The notes below the pieces were generated by a model. That model did not search any database, had not been told where the DNA came from, and was given only the letters and a program-made list of their open reading frames with translations. The position numbers were made by a program, and so were the translations under genes. Below, one piece after another: positions 1 to 14,836 of a stretch of 32,000 bases of DNA. Each line of letters begins with the position of its first letter. Positions within the stretch are counted from its first letter, which is position 1. Origin of the DNA: Bacillus subtilis subsp. subtilis str. 168 (GTDB lineage: Bacteria; Bacillota; Bacilli; Bacillales; Bacillaceae). The DNA lies in NCBI RefSeq assembly GCF_000009045.1, contig NC_000964.3:1620001-1652000 (forward strand), written 5' to 3'.

Positions 1-330
1 TTCGGCTTTATCGGCAAAATTTCAGCGCTGATCAGTTCAGTGCCGTCAGCGGTCATGGGAGGCGTCTCCTTCCTGCTGTTCGGAATCATTGCTTCAAGCG
101 GCCTGAGAATGCTGATTGACAACAAAATTGATTATGAAAACAACAGAAACCTCATTATTACATCAGTTATCCTTGTCATCGGTGTAGGAGGCGCTTTTAT
201 CCAAGTGTCTCAGGGCGGATTCCAAGTGTCAGGAATGGCGCTTGCCGCAATTGTCGGTGTCATCTTAAACCTGATTCTTCCGCAGGCGAAGGAAGAGCAG
301 GCAGACACATCTGAACAACATCATATTTAA
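1..330 (+). CDS. pyrP: Uracil permease, C-terminal fragment (5' end lies upstream of the window)
   Basis: Frame 1 is open from base 1 to the TAA at 328-330. The product is a hydrophobic membrane-protein tail (GGVSFLLFGIIASSGLRMLIDNKIDY...). It sits immediately before the PyrR attenuator and pyrB, as in the B. subtilis pyr operon. Confidence 0.85.
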   Translation, partial: FGFIGKISALISSVPSAVMGGVSFLLFGIIASSGLRMLIDNKIDYENNRNLIITSVILVIGVGGAFIQVSQGGFQVSGMALAAIVGVILNLILPQAKEEQADTSEQHHI

Positions 331-444
331 AACCTTTTAATGAAAGTCCAGAGAGGCTTGGAAGGGTTATGAAGAGAAGGAAGCTTCAATGCTGCCCTCT
401 ATTTAACCATACCCCGAGTCTATCTTAGACCGGGGTTTTTTTTC
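331..444 (+). promoter_or_regulatory. PyrR-dependent transcription attenuator (pyrP-pyrB attenuator): PyrR-binding stem-loop plus intrinsic terminator
   Basis: GTCCAGAGAGGCT at 346-358 matches the conserved PyrR-binding loop motif (UCCAGAGAGG). It lies inside a stem (CCTT 333-336 / AAGG 362-365). A GC-rich hairpin and T-run follow at 411-444, just before the pyrB RBS. Confidence 0.85.
411..444 (+). terminator. Intrinsic terminator of the pyrP-pyrB attenuator
   Basis: ACCCCGAGTC (411-420) pairs with GACCGGGGT (428-436) with one bulged A. The loop is TATCTTA and the hairpin is followed by T8 (436-443). Confidence 0.85.
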
Positions 445-457
445 AGCCTTAAGTTGA

Positions 458-2656
<2,199 letters not shown>

Positions 2657-2660
<4 letters not shown>

Positions 2661-3751
2661 AGAGACGATTAGTACTGGAAAACGGAGCGGTATTCGAGGG
2701 AGAAGCTTTCGGAAGCTTAGAACACAACATGGGAGAAGTCGTTTTTAATACTGGGATGACAGGCTATCAGGAAATTTTATCTGATCCTTCTTACTGCGGA
2801 CAGATCGTAACATTAACATACCCGCTTATCGGAAATTACGGCATTAACCGTGATGATTTTGAATCCATTACCCCTTTTGTCAAAGGGCTGATCATCAAAG
2901 AATTATGTGAGCTGCCTTCCAACTGGCGTTCAGCATACACCTTAGACGAGTATTTAAAAATGAAAAACATTCCCGGACTCCAGGGAATTGATACAAGGAA
3001 GCTGACAAGAATGATCCGCACGGCAGGCGCGCTAAAAGGAACATTCGCTTCATCTGATGAAGATATCGAAGCAGTGCTGAAAAGACTGAACGAAACGGAA
3101 TTGCCAAGAAATCAAGTATCCCAAGTATCAGCAAAAACAGCATATCCGAGCCCGGGAAGAGGCAAACGCATTGTCTTGGTTGACTTCGGCATGAAACACG
3201 GGATTCTAAGAGAGCTGAACAAACGGAAATGTGACGTCATCGTTGTGCCTTACAACATTACAGCGGAAGAGGTGCTTCAGCTGAAACCGGACGGTATCAT
3301 GCTTTCTAACGGACCTGGAGACCCGAAGGATGTGCCTGAAGCGATTGAAATGATTAAAGGTGTTCTTGGAAAAGTGCCATTATTCGGAATATGTCTCGGC
3401 CACCAATTATTCGCGCTGGCGTGCGGGGCGAATACTGAAAAAATGAAATTCGGCCACAGGGGCTCAAACCACCCGGTAAAAGAGCTGGCTACAGGAAAAG
3501 TTGCCTTAACATCTCAAAACCATGGATATACAGTTTCGTCTATCAGTAAAACAGAACTGGAAGTGACGCATATCGCAATTAACGACGATACGATTGAAGG
3601 GCTGAAGCATAAAACATTGCCGGCATTTACGGTTCAATATCATCCCGAAGCCTCACCTGGTCCTGAGGATGCCAACCATCTATTTGACAGATTCATCGAA
3701 ATGATCGAAACAACAGAGAAAGAAGGGGAAGCGGTATGCCAAAACGCGTAG
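2657..3751 (+). CDS. pyrAA: Carbamoyl-phosphate synthase (pyrimidine-specific), small glutamine-amidotransferase subunit
   Basis: 364-aa ORF with the GICLGHQ catalytic Cys and [10 protein letters not shown] class-I GATase motifs. Its start forms an ATGA overlap with the pyrC stop. Confidence 0.97.
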
Positions 3752-6700
3752 ACATTAACAAAATTTTAGTAATCGGATCTGGACCGATCATCATCGGCCA
3801 AGCAGCAGAATTTGACTATGCGGGAACACAAGCCTGTCTTGCTTTGAAAGAAGAAGGCTATGAAGTCATCCTTGTCAACTCAAACCCTGCAACGATCATG
3901 ACAGATACAGAAATGGCTGACCGGGTTTACATCGAACCGCTCACACCTGAATTCCTGACACGAATCATCAGAAAAGAGCGCCCGGATGCCATTCTTCCTA
4001 CACTCGGAGGCCAAACCGGTTTGAATCTTGCGGTTGAGCTTTCTGAAAGAGGCGTTTTGGCAGAATGCGGCGTCGAAGTGCTTGGCACGAAACTGTCTGC
4101 GATTCAGCAAGCTGAAGACCGTGACTTGTTCAGAACATTAATGAATGAACTGAATGAACCGGTGCCTGAAAGTGAGATTATCCACTCCCTTGAAGAAGCA
4201 GAAAAATTCGTCAGTCAAATTGGATTCCCTGTCATTGTCCGCCCGGCATATACATTAGGCGGAACAGGCGGAGGCATCTGCTCGAATGAAACAGAGCTAA
4301 AAGAAATCGTTGAGAACGGCTTGAAATTAAGCCCGGTACACCAATGTCTGCTTGAAAAAAGCATCGCCGGCTATAAAGAAATCGAGTATGAAGTCATGAG
4401 AGACAGCCAGGATCACGCCATTGTCGTTTGTAACATGGAAAACATTGATCCAGTTGGAATCCATACTGGAGACAGTATTGTTGTCGCGCCGAGCCAAACG
4501 CTCAGCGATCGCGAATATCAGCTCTTGCGGAATGTATCGTTAAAACTGATTCGCGCGCTTGGGATCGAAGGCGGATGTAATGTCCAGCTCGCCTTAGATC
4601 CAGACAGCTTCCAATATTACATTATTGAAGTAAATCCGCGTGTCAGCCGTTCATCTGCCCTTGCATCAAAAGCAACGGGGTACCCGATTGCAAAGCTCGC
4701 TGCTAAAATTGCAGTCGGACTTTCATTAGATGAAATGATGAACCCGGTGACAGGAAAAACATATGCAGCATTTGAACCTGCTCTTGACTATGTCGTATCC
4801 AAAATTCCGCGCTGGCCGTTTGATAAGTTTGAATCAGCAAACAGAAAGCTTGGCACGCAAATGAAAGCGACAGGTGAGGTCATGGCAATCGGCCGCACGC
4901 TTGAAGAGTCATTGCTGAAGGCAGTGCGATCACTGGAAGCGGATGTGTATCATCTTGAATTGAAGGACGCCGCTGACATTTCAGATGAGCTTCTTGAAAA
5001 GCGAATTAAAAAGGCCGGTGATGAACGCTTATTCTACTTAGCTGAAGCGTACAGAAGAGGCTACACGGTAGAAGACCTCCATGAATTTTCCGCTATCGAT
5101 GTCTTCTTCTTGCATAAGCTGTTCGGAATCGTACAGTTTGAAAAAGAATTGAAGGCCAATGCGGGCGATACAGATGTGCTGAGACGGGCAAAAGAACTCG
5201 GCTTCTCTGATCAGTACATCAGCCGTGAATGGAAAATGAAAGAATCTGAGCTTTACAGCTTGAGAAAACAAGCGGGGATTGCGCCGGTATTCAAAATGGT
5301 AGATACATGCGCGGCGGAATTTGAGTCAGAAACGCCATACTTCTATAGCACATATGAAGAAGAAAATGAATCTGTCGTTACAGATAAGAAAAGTGTGATG
5401 GTGCTTGGTTCGGGTCCGATTCGAATCGGTCAGGGTGTCGAGTTCGACTATGCGACGGTTCACTCTGTATGGGCAATTAAACAAGCAGGCTATGAAGCCA
5501 TTATTGTCAACAACAACCCGGAAACCGTTTCAACAGACTTCAGCATCTCAGACAAGCTGTATTTTGAACCGCTTACGATTGAAGATGTCATGCACATCAT
5601 TGACCTCGAACAGCCAATGGGCGTTGTCGTACAATTTGGCGGACAAACTGCGATTAACCTTGCTGACGAGCTTTCTGCACGCGGAGTGAAAATCCTTGGA
5701 ACTTCATTAGAAGATTTAGACCGTGCCGAAGACCGGGATAAATTTGAACAAGCGCTTGGAGAACTTGGTGTTCCTCAGCCGCTTGGCAAAACAGCGACAT
5801 CAGTTAATCAGGCGGTAAGCATCGCAAGTGATATCGGTTATCCGGTACTGGTACGCCCTTCCTATGTACTTGGCGGCCGGGCGATGGAGATTGTTTACCA
5901 TGAAGAGGAACTGCTTCATTACATGAAAAATGCAGTCAAAATCAATCCACAGCACCCTGTATTAATTGATAGATACTTGACCGGAAAAGAAATTGAAGTC
6001 GATGCAGTATCCGACGGTGAAACAGTCGTCATTCCGGGAATTATGGAGCACATTGAACGTGCGGGCGTTCACTCCGGAGACTCAATCGCTGTTTATCCGC
6101 CTCAGTCTCTCACAGAGGACATTAAGAAAAAAATTGAACAATACACGATCGCATTGGCTAAAGGGCTGAATATTGTCGGTTTGCTCAATATTCAATTCGT
6201 CTTGTCGCAAGGCGAGGTGTACGTGCTAGAAGTGAATCCGAGATCAAGCAGAACCGTACCGTTTTTAAGCAAAATTACGGGTATCCCAATGGCGAATCTC
6301 GCAACAAAAATCATTCTTGGTCAAAAGCTGGCTGCGTTTGGCTATACAGAGGGCCTTCAGCCTGAACAGCAAGGTGTATTTGTAAAAGCGCCGGTCTTCT
6401 CCTTTGCCAAGCTGAGAAGAGTGGATATTACGTTAGGGCCTGAAATGAAATCAACAGGTGAAGTCATGGGGAAAGATTCGACACTTGAAAAGGCGCTCTA
6501 CAAAGCCTTGATCGCTTCAGGTATTCAAATCCCGAACTACGGTTCCGTGCTTTTAACAGTAGCTGATAAGGACAAAGAAGAAGGGCTTGCCATTGCTAAG
6601 CGGTTCCACGCGATCGGCTACAACATTTTAGCGACGGAAGGAACGGCAGGCTACCTGAAAGAAGCTTCCATTCCAGCGAAGGTCGTCGGAAAAATCGGTC

Positions 6701-6947
6701 AGGATGGCCCGAACTTGCTTGATGTCATCAGAAACGGAGAAGCGCAGTTTGTCATCAATACGCTGACAAAAGGAAAGCAGCCGGCAAGAGACGGTTTTAG
6801 AATCAGACGTGAATCAGTAGAAAATGGTGTTGCCTGCCTAACATCTTTAGATACGGCAGAGGCGATATTGCGAGTGCTGGAAAGCATGACATTCCGTGCT
6901 GATCAAATGCCGGCAGTCAACACAAATCAGGAGGCGGCAGTCACTAT

Positions 6948-6951
<4 letters not shown>
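3736..6951 (+). CDS. pyrAB: Carbamoyl-phosphate synthase (pyrimidine-specific), large subunit
   Basis: 1071-aa ORF with two homologous ATP-grasp halves ([21 protein letters not shown] and [20 protein letters not shown]) and a C-terminal MGS-like domain. Confidence 0.98.
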
Positions 6952-9337
<2,386 letters not shown>

Positions 9338-9341
<4 letters not shown>

Positions 9342-9970
9342 AACAAATCATCGCAAAACATCTATTAGACATCCAAGCTGTATTTTTACGCCCGAACGAG
9401 CCGTTCACATGGGCAAGCGGCATTTTATCACCGATCTACTGTGACAACCGCCTTACGCTATCTTTCCCAGAGGTCAGAAACGATGTTGCTTCAGGTATCA
9501 GCAAGCTTGTTAAAGAGCATTTTCCTGAAGCTGAAATGATTGCGGGAACAGCAACTGCCGGTATTCCTCATGCTGCTCTTGCGGCGGACCATTTGAATCT
9601 TCCGATGTGTTATGTGAGGAGCAAGCCGAAGGCGCACGGAAAAGGCAATCAGATTGAGGGAGCTGTGCAAGAAGGGCAAAAAACAGTCGTCATTGAAGAC
9701 TTAATTTCCACAGGAGGCAGCGTGCTTGAAGCTTGTGCAGCTTTACAAGCGGCCGGCTGTGAAGTGCTTGGTGTCGTCTCAATCTTTACGTACGGACTTC
9801 CTAAAGCGGAGGAAGCCTTCGCAAAGGCAGAACTGCCATACTACTCATTAACCGATTATGATACGCTCACAGAGGTCGCGCTTGAAAACGGAAATATTCA
9901 TTCAGATGATCTAAAAAAGCTGCAAACATGGAAACGAAATCCCGAGTCAAAAGATTGGTTTAAAAAATAA
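9338..9970 (+). CDS. pyrE: Orotate phosphoribosyltransferase
   Basis: It has the PRPP-binding motif [13 protein letters not shown] prefer the TTG at 9338 ([10 protein letters not shown]..., 210 aa). GGGAGGG at 9322-9328 lies 9 nt upstream of it, and it forms a TTGA overlap with the pyrF stop. The ORF-track ATG at 9320 (216 aa) has no good SD but cannot be excluded. Confidence 0.9.
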
Positions 9971-10019
9971 AAAATAAATTCAAATGATGTAAAGAGGCTT
10001 CAAAGCCTTGCTGTACTTG

Positions 10020-10047
10020 AAAACAGGCTGTGAGGCCTGTTTTTTTA
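10020..10047 (+). terminator. Intrinsic terminator at the end of the pyr operon
   Basis: AAACAGGC (10021-10028) pairs with GCCTGTTT (10035-10042) around a 6-nt loop, followed by a T-run through 10046. Confidence 0.85.
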
Positions 10048-10070
10048 TTAATCCTATAAAAAAAGTCGGG

Positions 10071-10098
10071 TTGACTTATGTTAGAATTGTGCTAAAAT
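10071..10098 (+). promoter_or_regulatory. Sigma-A-type promoter of the cysH operon
   Basis: TTGACT (10071-10076), a 16-nt spacer, then TGcTAAAAT (extended -10, 10090-10098). It lies about 20 nt upstream of the S-box P1 helix. Confidence 0.6.
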
Positions 10099-10116
10099 TT
10101 ACTACAAATCTAAAAA

Positions 10117-10218
10117 CTTATCAAGAGCGGCTGAGGGACTGGACCTATGAAGCCCGGCAACCTGCATAGTTTGTAAGGTGCTACTTCCAGCAAAATGAAT
10201 TCCATTTTGAAAGATAAG
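10117..10218 (+). promoter_or_regulatory. S-box (SAM-I) riboswitch aptamer in the cysH leader
   Basis: The conserved S-box core is present. P1 is CTTATC (10117-10122) with GATAAG (10213-10218). Also present are AGAGCGGCTGAGGGACTGGACCTATGAAGCCCGGCAACC and AAGGTGCTA..TCCAGC. The P4 hairpin is CAAAATG-AATTC-CATTTTG. Confidence 0.9.
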
Positions 10219-10237
10219 GGCTGCATGCTGTTCCTGT

Positions 10238-10271
10238 CTTTCTTTCCGCCGGATTGAAAGTTTTTTATTTT
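10238..10271 (+). terminator. Expression-platform terminator of the S-box leader
   Basis: CTTTC..TCC (10238-10247) pairs with GGA..GAAAG (10251-10260) across a small internal loop, followed by TTTTTTATTTT (10261-10271). Confidence 0.7.
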
Positions 10272-10381
10272 AAGAGGTAAAAAGGCTATCTGTATATCAG
10301 CAGCCGCGAATCACATTACATGGGAAAAGACAACCGGCAGAAAGCTACTGTTTGTTTGTCTCCGAAAGGAGGAAAGAAGAA

Positions 10382-11083
10382 ATGTTAACGTATGATAATT
10401 GGGAAGAACCAACGATTACATTTCCGGAAGACGATCCTTATAAAGGAGCGCTGTCAGTTTTAAAATGGGCATACGGCCATTACGGCGATCAGCTTGTTTA
10501 TGCCTGCAGTTTCGGAATTGAGGGAATCGTTCTGATTGACTTAATTTATAAAGTGAAAAAAGACGCAGAGATTGTGTTTCTTGATACAGGACTTCATTTT
10601 AAAGAAACCTATGAAACAATTGAACGAGTGAAAGAGCGTTATCCGGGTCTTAATATCATCCTGAAAAAACCAGATCTCACCCTTGAGGAACAAGCCGAAG
10701 AACATGGTGACAAACTATGGGAAAGAGAGCCGAATCAGTGCTGCTATCTTAGAAAGGTCGTTCCTTTAAGAGAGGCGCTTTCAGGACATCCAGCCTGGCT
10801 TTCCGGCCTGCGCCGTGATCAAGGGCCAAGCCGTGCCAATACGAATTTCTTAAACAAAGATGAAAAATTCAAGTCAGTAAAAGTTTGCCCGCTTATCCAT
10901 TGGACTTGGAAAGACATTTGGAGATATACATCCCGGAATGAACTGGACTACAATCCGCTTCATGACCAAGGCTATCCAAGTATTGGCTGTGCGCCTTGCA
11001 CTTCTCCCGCTTTTACAGCAGAAGATTTGCGCTCAGGCAGATGGAATGGTATGGCGAAAACAGAATGCGGACTGCATGAATAA
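10382..11083 (+). CDS. cysH: Adenylyl-/phosphoadenylyl-sulfate reductase (thioredoxin-dependent)
   Basis: The ATG at 10382 follows AAAGGAGGAAAG (10366-10377) and gives 233 aa; the ORF-track start at 10352 is an over-extension. It has the Cys pair C120-C121, C203xxC206 and the C-terminal ECGLH catalytic motif. Confidence 0.95.
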   Translation: MLTYDNWEEPTITFPEDDPYKGALSVLKWAYGHYGDQLVYACSFGIEGIVLIDLIYKVKKDAEIVFLDTGLHFKETYETIERVKERYPGLNIILKKPDLTLEEQAEEHGDKLWEREPNQCCYLRKVVPLREALSGHPAWLSGLRRDQGPSRANTNFLNKDEKFKSVKVCPLIHWTWKDIWRYTSRNELDYNPLHDQGYPSIGCAPCTSPAFTAEDLRSGRWNGMAKTECGLHE

Positions 11084-11094
11084 GGAGCTGCAAA

Positions 11095-12159
11095 ATGGAA
11101 TTAGCCGCTATTTTATTTAGCTTGTTTTTCGCGATGAATATTGGTGCAAGCGGCGCTGCAGCTTCGATGGGGGTTGCTTACGGCTCCGGAGCCATCAAAA
11201 AGAAAACTTACGCTTTGATCCTATGCGCAGTCGGTGTCTTTGCCGGGGCGGTCATTGGCGGAGGCGAGGTTGTAAAAACAATCAGCTCCGGCATTATTCC
11301 TGAGCAGACGATTACACTGACGATTGTTTGCATCATTATTGGAGCTGCTGCCCTGTCGCTCTTTACTGCTAATCTGCTCGGCATTCCTTTGTCGACAAGT
11401 GAAGTAACAGTCGGCGCGGTTGTCGGCGTGGGAGTGGCTTATAAAGTATTGTTTGTGAACAATCTTCTGATCATTGTGTCATTTTGGGTTTTTGTCCCGC
11501 TGTTCGCTTTCGGCTTCACCTATTTCGTATCTAAGCTGTTTCGTTATTTTAAGATTGAAGTAAAATCTTCTAAAAAGCAAAAAATCCTCGGCATTGTTTT
11601 GTTAGTTGCCGGATTTTTCGAAGCATTCTCTGCCGGCATGAATAACGTGGCGAATGCTGTTGGCCCGTTAGTAGCTGCCGGTGTGCTTGATGTCGGAAAA
11701 GGAACCTTGTATGGAGGAGCTTTTGTTGCTCTTGGCGCACTGTTATTAGGCCGGCGAGTGCTAGAAACAAACGGGAAGAAAATTACGAGGTTCTCCAAAG
11801 GGGAAGGCATTCTCTTATCCGGTACAGGAGCGGGACTGGTGATCATCAGTTCTGTATTTGGGATGCCGGTGCCCTTGGCGCAAGTCACGTCATCGTCTAT
11901 TATCGGAATAGGCATGGCGAAAAACGGTCCGAACGTGTTCCATAAACAAGTTGTTCAAACGATGCTGAAGGTATGGATCGTATCGCCGTTTTTATCTTTA
12001 TCGATTTCTTATCTGCTTGTATCCTTGTTTTTAAAAGCAGATTATTATTCGATCTTTATCATGGTAAGTGTGCTTTTAGCGGCGGGCGGTGCCATCAGCC
12101 TGACAAAGGCCATTCGTAAAGAGAGACGCTCAGTCCACGAACAAGGCGGGGGAATCTGA
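11095..12159 (+). CDS. cysP: Sulfate permease of the PiT (inorganic phosphate transporter) family
   Basis: 354-aa polytopic membrane protein with the PiT-like signature GMNNVANAVGP (aa 181-191) and a degenerate N-terminal copy. An RBS AAGGAG lies at 11082-11087. Confidence 0.92.
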   Translation: MELAAILFSLFFAMNIGASGAAASMGVAYGSGAIKKKTYALILCAVGVFAGAVIGGGEVVKTISSGIIPEQTITLTIVCIIIGAAALSLFTANLLGIPLSTSEVTVGAVVGVGVAYKVLFVNNLLIIVSFWVFVPLFAFGFTYFVSKLFRYFKIEVKSSKKQKILGIVLLVAGFFEAFSAGMNNVANAVGPLVAAGVLDVGKGTLYGGAFVALGALLLGRRVLETNGKKITRFSKGEGILLSGTGAGLVIISSVFGMPVPLAQVTSSSIIGIGMAKNGPNVFHKQVVQTMLKVWIVSPFLSLSISYLLVSLFLKADYYSIFIMVSVLLAAGGAISLTKAIRKERRSVHEQGGGI

Positions 12160-12207
12160 TCATTAATCTGAGTAATTTTATAAGTTAACTAGGAGGAGAT
12201 GGATATT

Positions 12208-13356
12208 ATGAGCTTAGCACCACACGGAGGAACATTAGTAAACAGAGTAGATGAATCATATGATGTGAGCGGCATTCAAAAAGAAATTGAACTTGATTTA
12301 ATTTCTTTCGCGGATTTGGAATTGATCGGTATCGGTGCATACAGCCCGATTGAAGGTTTCTTTAATGAAAAAGATTACGTATCAGTGGTCGAAAACATGC
12401 GTCTTTCTTCCGGCGTTGTCTGGTCTCTTCCAATCACGCTTCCGGTCGATGCGCAAAAAGCAGCGGAACTGTCACTTGGTGAAACGGTAAAGTTAACGTA
12501 TGAAGGAGAAACTTACGGCGTTATCCAAATCGAAGACCTGTACGTGCCTGACAAACAAAAAGAAGCTGTCAATGTGTACAAAACAGATGAACAGGAGCAT
12601 CCTGGTGTTAAAAAGCTGTTCAGCCGCGGCAATACATATGTCGGCGGACCGATTACGTTGATTAAAAAAGCTTCAAAACAGTTCCCTGAATTTACATTTG
12701 AACCGTCAGAAACGAGACGCCAGTTTGCGGAAAAAGGCTGGGAAACCATTGTCGGTTTCCAAACAAGAAACCCTGTTCACAGAGCGCATGAATACATTCA
12801 AAAAACGGCTCTTGAAACAGTAGACGGCTTGTTCTTGAATCCGTTAGTAGGTGAAACAAAATCTGATGACATTCCAGCTGATGTACGGATGGAAAGCTAC
12901 CAAGTGCTTCTTGATCATTATTACCCGAAAGATCGTGTTTTCCTTGGTGTCTTTTTAGCGGCGATGCGTTATGCAGGCCCGAGAGAAGCAATTTTCCACG
13001 CGCTTGTCAGAAAGAACTACGGCTGCACACATTTCATCGTCGGCCGTGATCATGCAGGTGTAGGCGACTATTACGGAACATACGAAGCACAGGAACTGTT
13101 TGACACATTTAAACCTGAAGAACTCGGAATTACACCGCTGAAATTTGAGCACAGCTTCTTCTGTAAAAAATGCGGAAATATGGGAACAGCAAAAACTTGC
13201 CCTCATGGCAGAGAGCATCACGTCATTTTATCAGGCACTAAGGTAAGAGGTATGCTGAGAGACGGTGTGCTGCCGCCTGCTGAATTCAGTCGAAAAGAAG
13301 TAGTAGAAGTGTTAATCAAAGGGATGAAGAAAAAAGAAGAAGTAGGCGTATCTTAA
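12208..13356 (+). CDS. sat: Sulfate adenylyltransferase (ATP sulfurylase)
   Basis: The ATG at 12208 lies 11 nt after AGGAGG (12191-12196) and gives 382 aa ([10 protein letters not shown]...). The ORF-track ATG at 12199 is only 2 nt from the SD. It has the [11 protein letters not shown] and GRDHAG motifs. Confidence 0.95.
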   Translation: MSLAPHGGTLVNRVDESYDVSGIQKEIELDLISFADLELIGIGAYSPIEGFFNEKDYVSVVENMRLSSGVVWSLPITLPVDAQKAAELSLGETVKLTYEGETYGVIQIEDLYVPDKQKEAVNVYKTDEQEHPGVKKLFSRGNTYVGGPITLIKKASKQFPEFTFEPSETRRQFAEKGWETIVGFQTRNPVHRAHEYIQKTALETVDGLFLNPLVGETKSDDIPADVRMESYQVLLDHYYPKDRVFLGVFLAAMRYAGPREAIFHALVRKNYGCTHFIVGRDHAGVGDYYGTYEAQELFDTFKPEELGITPLKFEHSFFCKKCGNMGTAKTCPHGREHHVILSGTKVRGMLRDGVLPPAEFSRKEVVEVLIKGMKKKEEVGVS

Positions 13357-13368
13357 GGAGGACTGGCA

Positions 13369-13962
13369 GTGACAAATCGCGATATTGTATGGCATGAAGC
13401 CTCTATCACAAAAGAAGAGTATCAGCAAAAAAACAAGCATAAAAGCTCCATTCTCTGGCTGACAGGGTTAAGCGGCTCAGGCAAATCAACCATTGCCAAC
13501 GCCGCTGCGAGAGAATTGTTTGAGCAAGGCTACCAAGTCATTGTGCTGGACGGGGATAATATCCGTCACGGCCTAAATAGGGATCTTGGTTTTTCTGATG
13601 AAGACCGAAAAGAAAACATCCGCCGGATCGGAGAGGTGGCGAAGCTTTTTGTTCAGCAGGGAACCATTGTGATTACTGCTTTTATCTCTCCTTTCCGCGA
13701 GGACAGACAACAGGTTCGCGAGCTTGTGGAAGCGGGCGAATTTAATGAAGTCTACATTAAATGCGACCTTGATATTTGTGAACAAAGAGATCCGAAAGGG
13801 CTTTACAAAAAAGCAAGAAACGGCGAGATTCCGTTCTTTACAGGAATTGATTCTCCTTATGAAGAACCGGAAGCTCCAGAGCTCGTTCTTGATTCAGGAC
13901 AGCATGACCGTGAAGCGTGTAAAAATCAGCTGATCGAGTTTGTTAAACAAAAATTGAGCTGA
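13369..13962 (+). CDS. cysC: Adenylyl-sulfate (APS) kinase
   Basis: 197-aa ORF with a GTG start at 13369, preceded by AAGGAGG (13355-13361). It has the P-loop GLSGSGKST. Confidence 0.95.
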   Translation: MTNRDIVWHEASITKEEYQQKNKHKSSILWLTGLSGSGKSTIANAAARELFEQGYQVIVLDGDNIRHGLNRDLGFSDEDRKENIRRIGEVAKLFVQQGTIVITAFISPFREDRQQVRELVEAGEFNEVYIKCDLDICEQRDPKGLYKKARNGEIPFFTGIDSPYEEPEAPELVLDSGQHDREACKNQLIEFVKQKLS

Positions 13963-14060
13963 ATATGATCTGCTGCGTTCTTCTCAGATGCCGGAATGCA
14001 AGCGAGAACATCATCACAGCGAATCTTCTGGAAGAACTCGAATAGATCGGGGGAAATACG

Positions 14061-14834
14061 ATGGGGAAAGTATATATTGTAGGAGCGGGTCCCGGTGACC
14101 CTGATCTGCTGACAATTAAAGCGCTGAAAGCCATTGAAAAAGCTGATGTCATCTTATATGACAGATTAGTAAATAAAGAGATTTTACAATATGCCAAAGA
14201 GCAAGCAGACCTGATCTACTGCGGGAAGCTTCCGGATTTTCATACGATGAAGCAGGAAACCATCAATCGATTTCTTGTGAAGTATGCGCAAAAAGGGAAA
14301 ATGGTTGTCAGACTGAAAGGCGGAGACCCTTTTGTGTTCGGGAGAGGAGGGGAAGAAGCGGAATGCCTCTCTGAAAATGGAATTCCGTTTGAAATCATTC
14401 CCGGCATTACGTCTGGAATCGCGGCAGCCGCTTATGCCGGGATTCCTGTTACCCATCGGGATGCGGGCTCTAACGTCGCTTTTGTAACGGGTCACTATAA
14501 AAAAGAAGAAGATTTTGAGGAAAAGTGGAAAGCGCTGGCTACAGGAATTGATACACTTGTCATCTATATGGGTATCAAAAACGTGCAGCAGATTGAAAGA
14601 AAACTCCTTGAAAATGGCCGGGACGGTTCTACGCCAGCAGCCTTTATTCATTGGGGGACAACGGACAAGCAAAAATCTGTTTTTTGTACAGTTGACACCC
14701 TTTCAGAAACGGTGATAAAAGAAAACATTACAAATCCGAGTTTAATTGTCATTGGAAATGTTGTAAATTATCACTATAAGCTGGAATGGTTTGAATCTGA
14801 ACTAAAAAAACAAGATTTAAGCGAGGCGTTGTAA
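14061..14834 (+). CDS. sumT: Uroporphyrinogen-III C-methyltransferase (sirohaem branch)
   Basis: 257-aa ORF with the VGAGPGDPDLLT motif of the tetrapyrrole methylase family. This is ylnD in the older nomenclature. Confidence 0.93.
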   Translation: MGKVYIVGAGPGDPDLLTIKALKAIEKADVILYDRLVNKEILQYAKEQADLIYCGKLPDFHTMKQETINRFLVKYAQKGKMVVRLKGGDPFVFGRGGEEAECLSENGIPFEIIPGITSGIAAAAYAGIPVTHRDAGSNVAFVTGHYKKEEDFEEKWKALATGIDTLVIYMGIKNVQQIERKLLENGRDGSTPAAFIHWGTTDKQKSVFCTVDTLSETVIKENITNPSLIVIGNVVNYHYKLEWFESELKKQDLSEAL

Positions 14835-14836
14835 AA

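Noticed and set aside
9993-10010. Small hairpin AGGCTT/AAGCCT just after the pyrE stop
   Set aside because: It has only 5 effective bp with a tiny loop and no T-tract. The real terminator is the stronger hairpin at 10020-10047.
10320-10388. 22-codon upstream ORF ([22 protein letters not shown]) ending in a TAA that overlaps the cysH ATG and containing two Cys codons; a possible Cys-sensing leader peptide
   Set aside because: No Shine-Dalgarno sequence precedes the ATG at 10320 (upstream is GAATCACATTAC). It sits downstream of the riboswitch terminator rather than before one. Two Cys codons in 22 are not statistically compelling. It would be worth a glance only if ribosome profiling shows occupancy.
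11544-11915. 123-aa minus-strand ORF inside cysP
   Set aside because: Its Pro/Thr/Ala-rich product is the typical antisense reading of Gly/Ala/Val-rich membrane-protein codons. It has no SD.
13963-14060. 98-nt cysC-sumT spacer as a possible terminator or internal promoter
   Set aside because: Only long-range 5-7-bp complementarities are present (e.g. GTTCTTC 13976-13982 with GAAGAAC 14029-14035), with no T-run. No -35/-10 pair has acceptable spacing. The spacer is most simply read-through.
14184-14672. 162-aa minus-strand ORF antisense to sumT
   Set aside because: Same reasoning. It is embedded in the methyltransferase gene, has no SD and no recognisable motif, and has an odd composition (many R, F, C, P).
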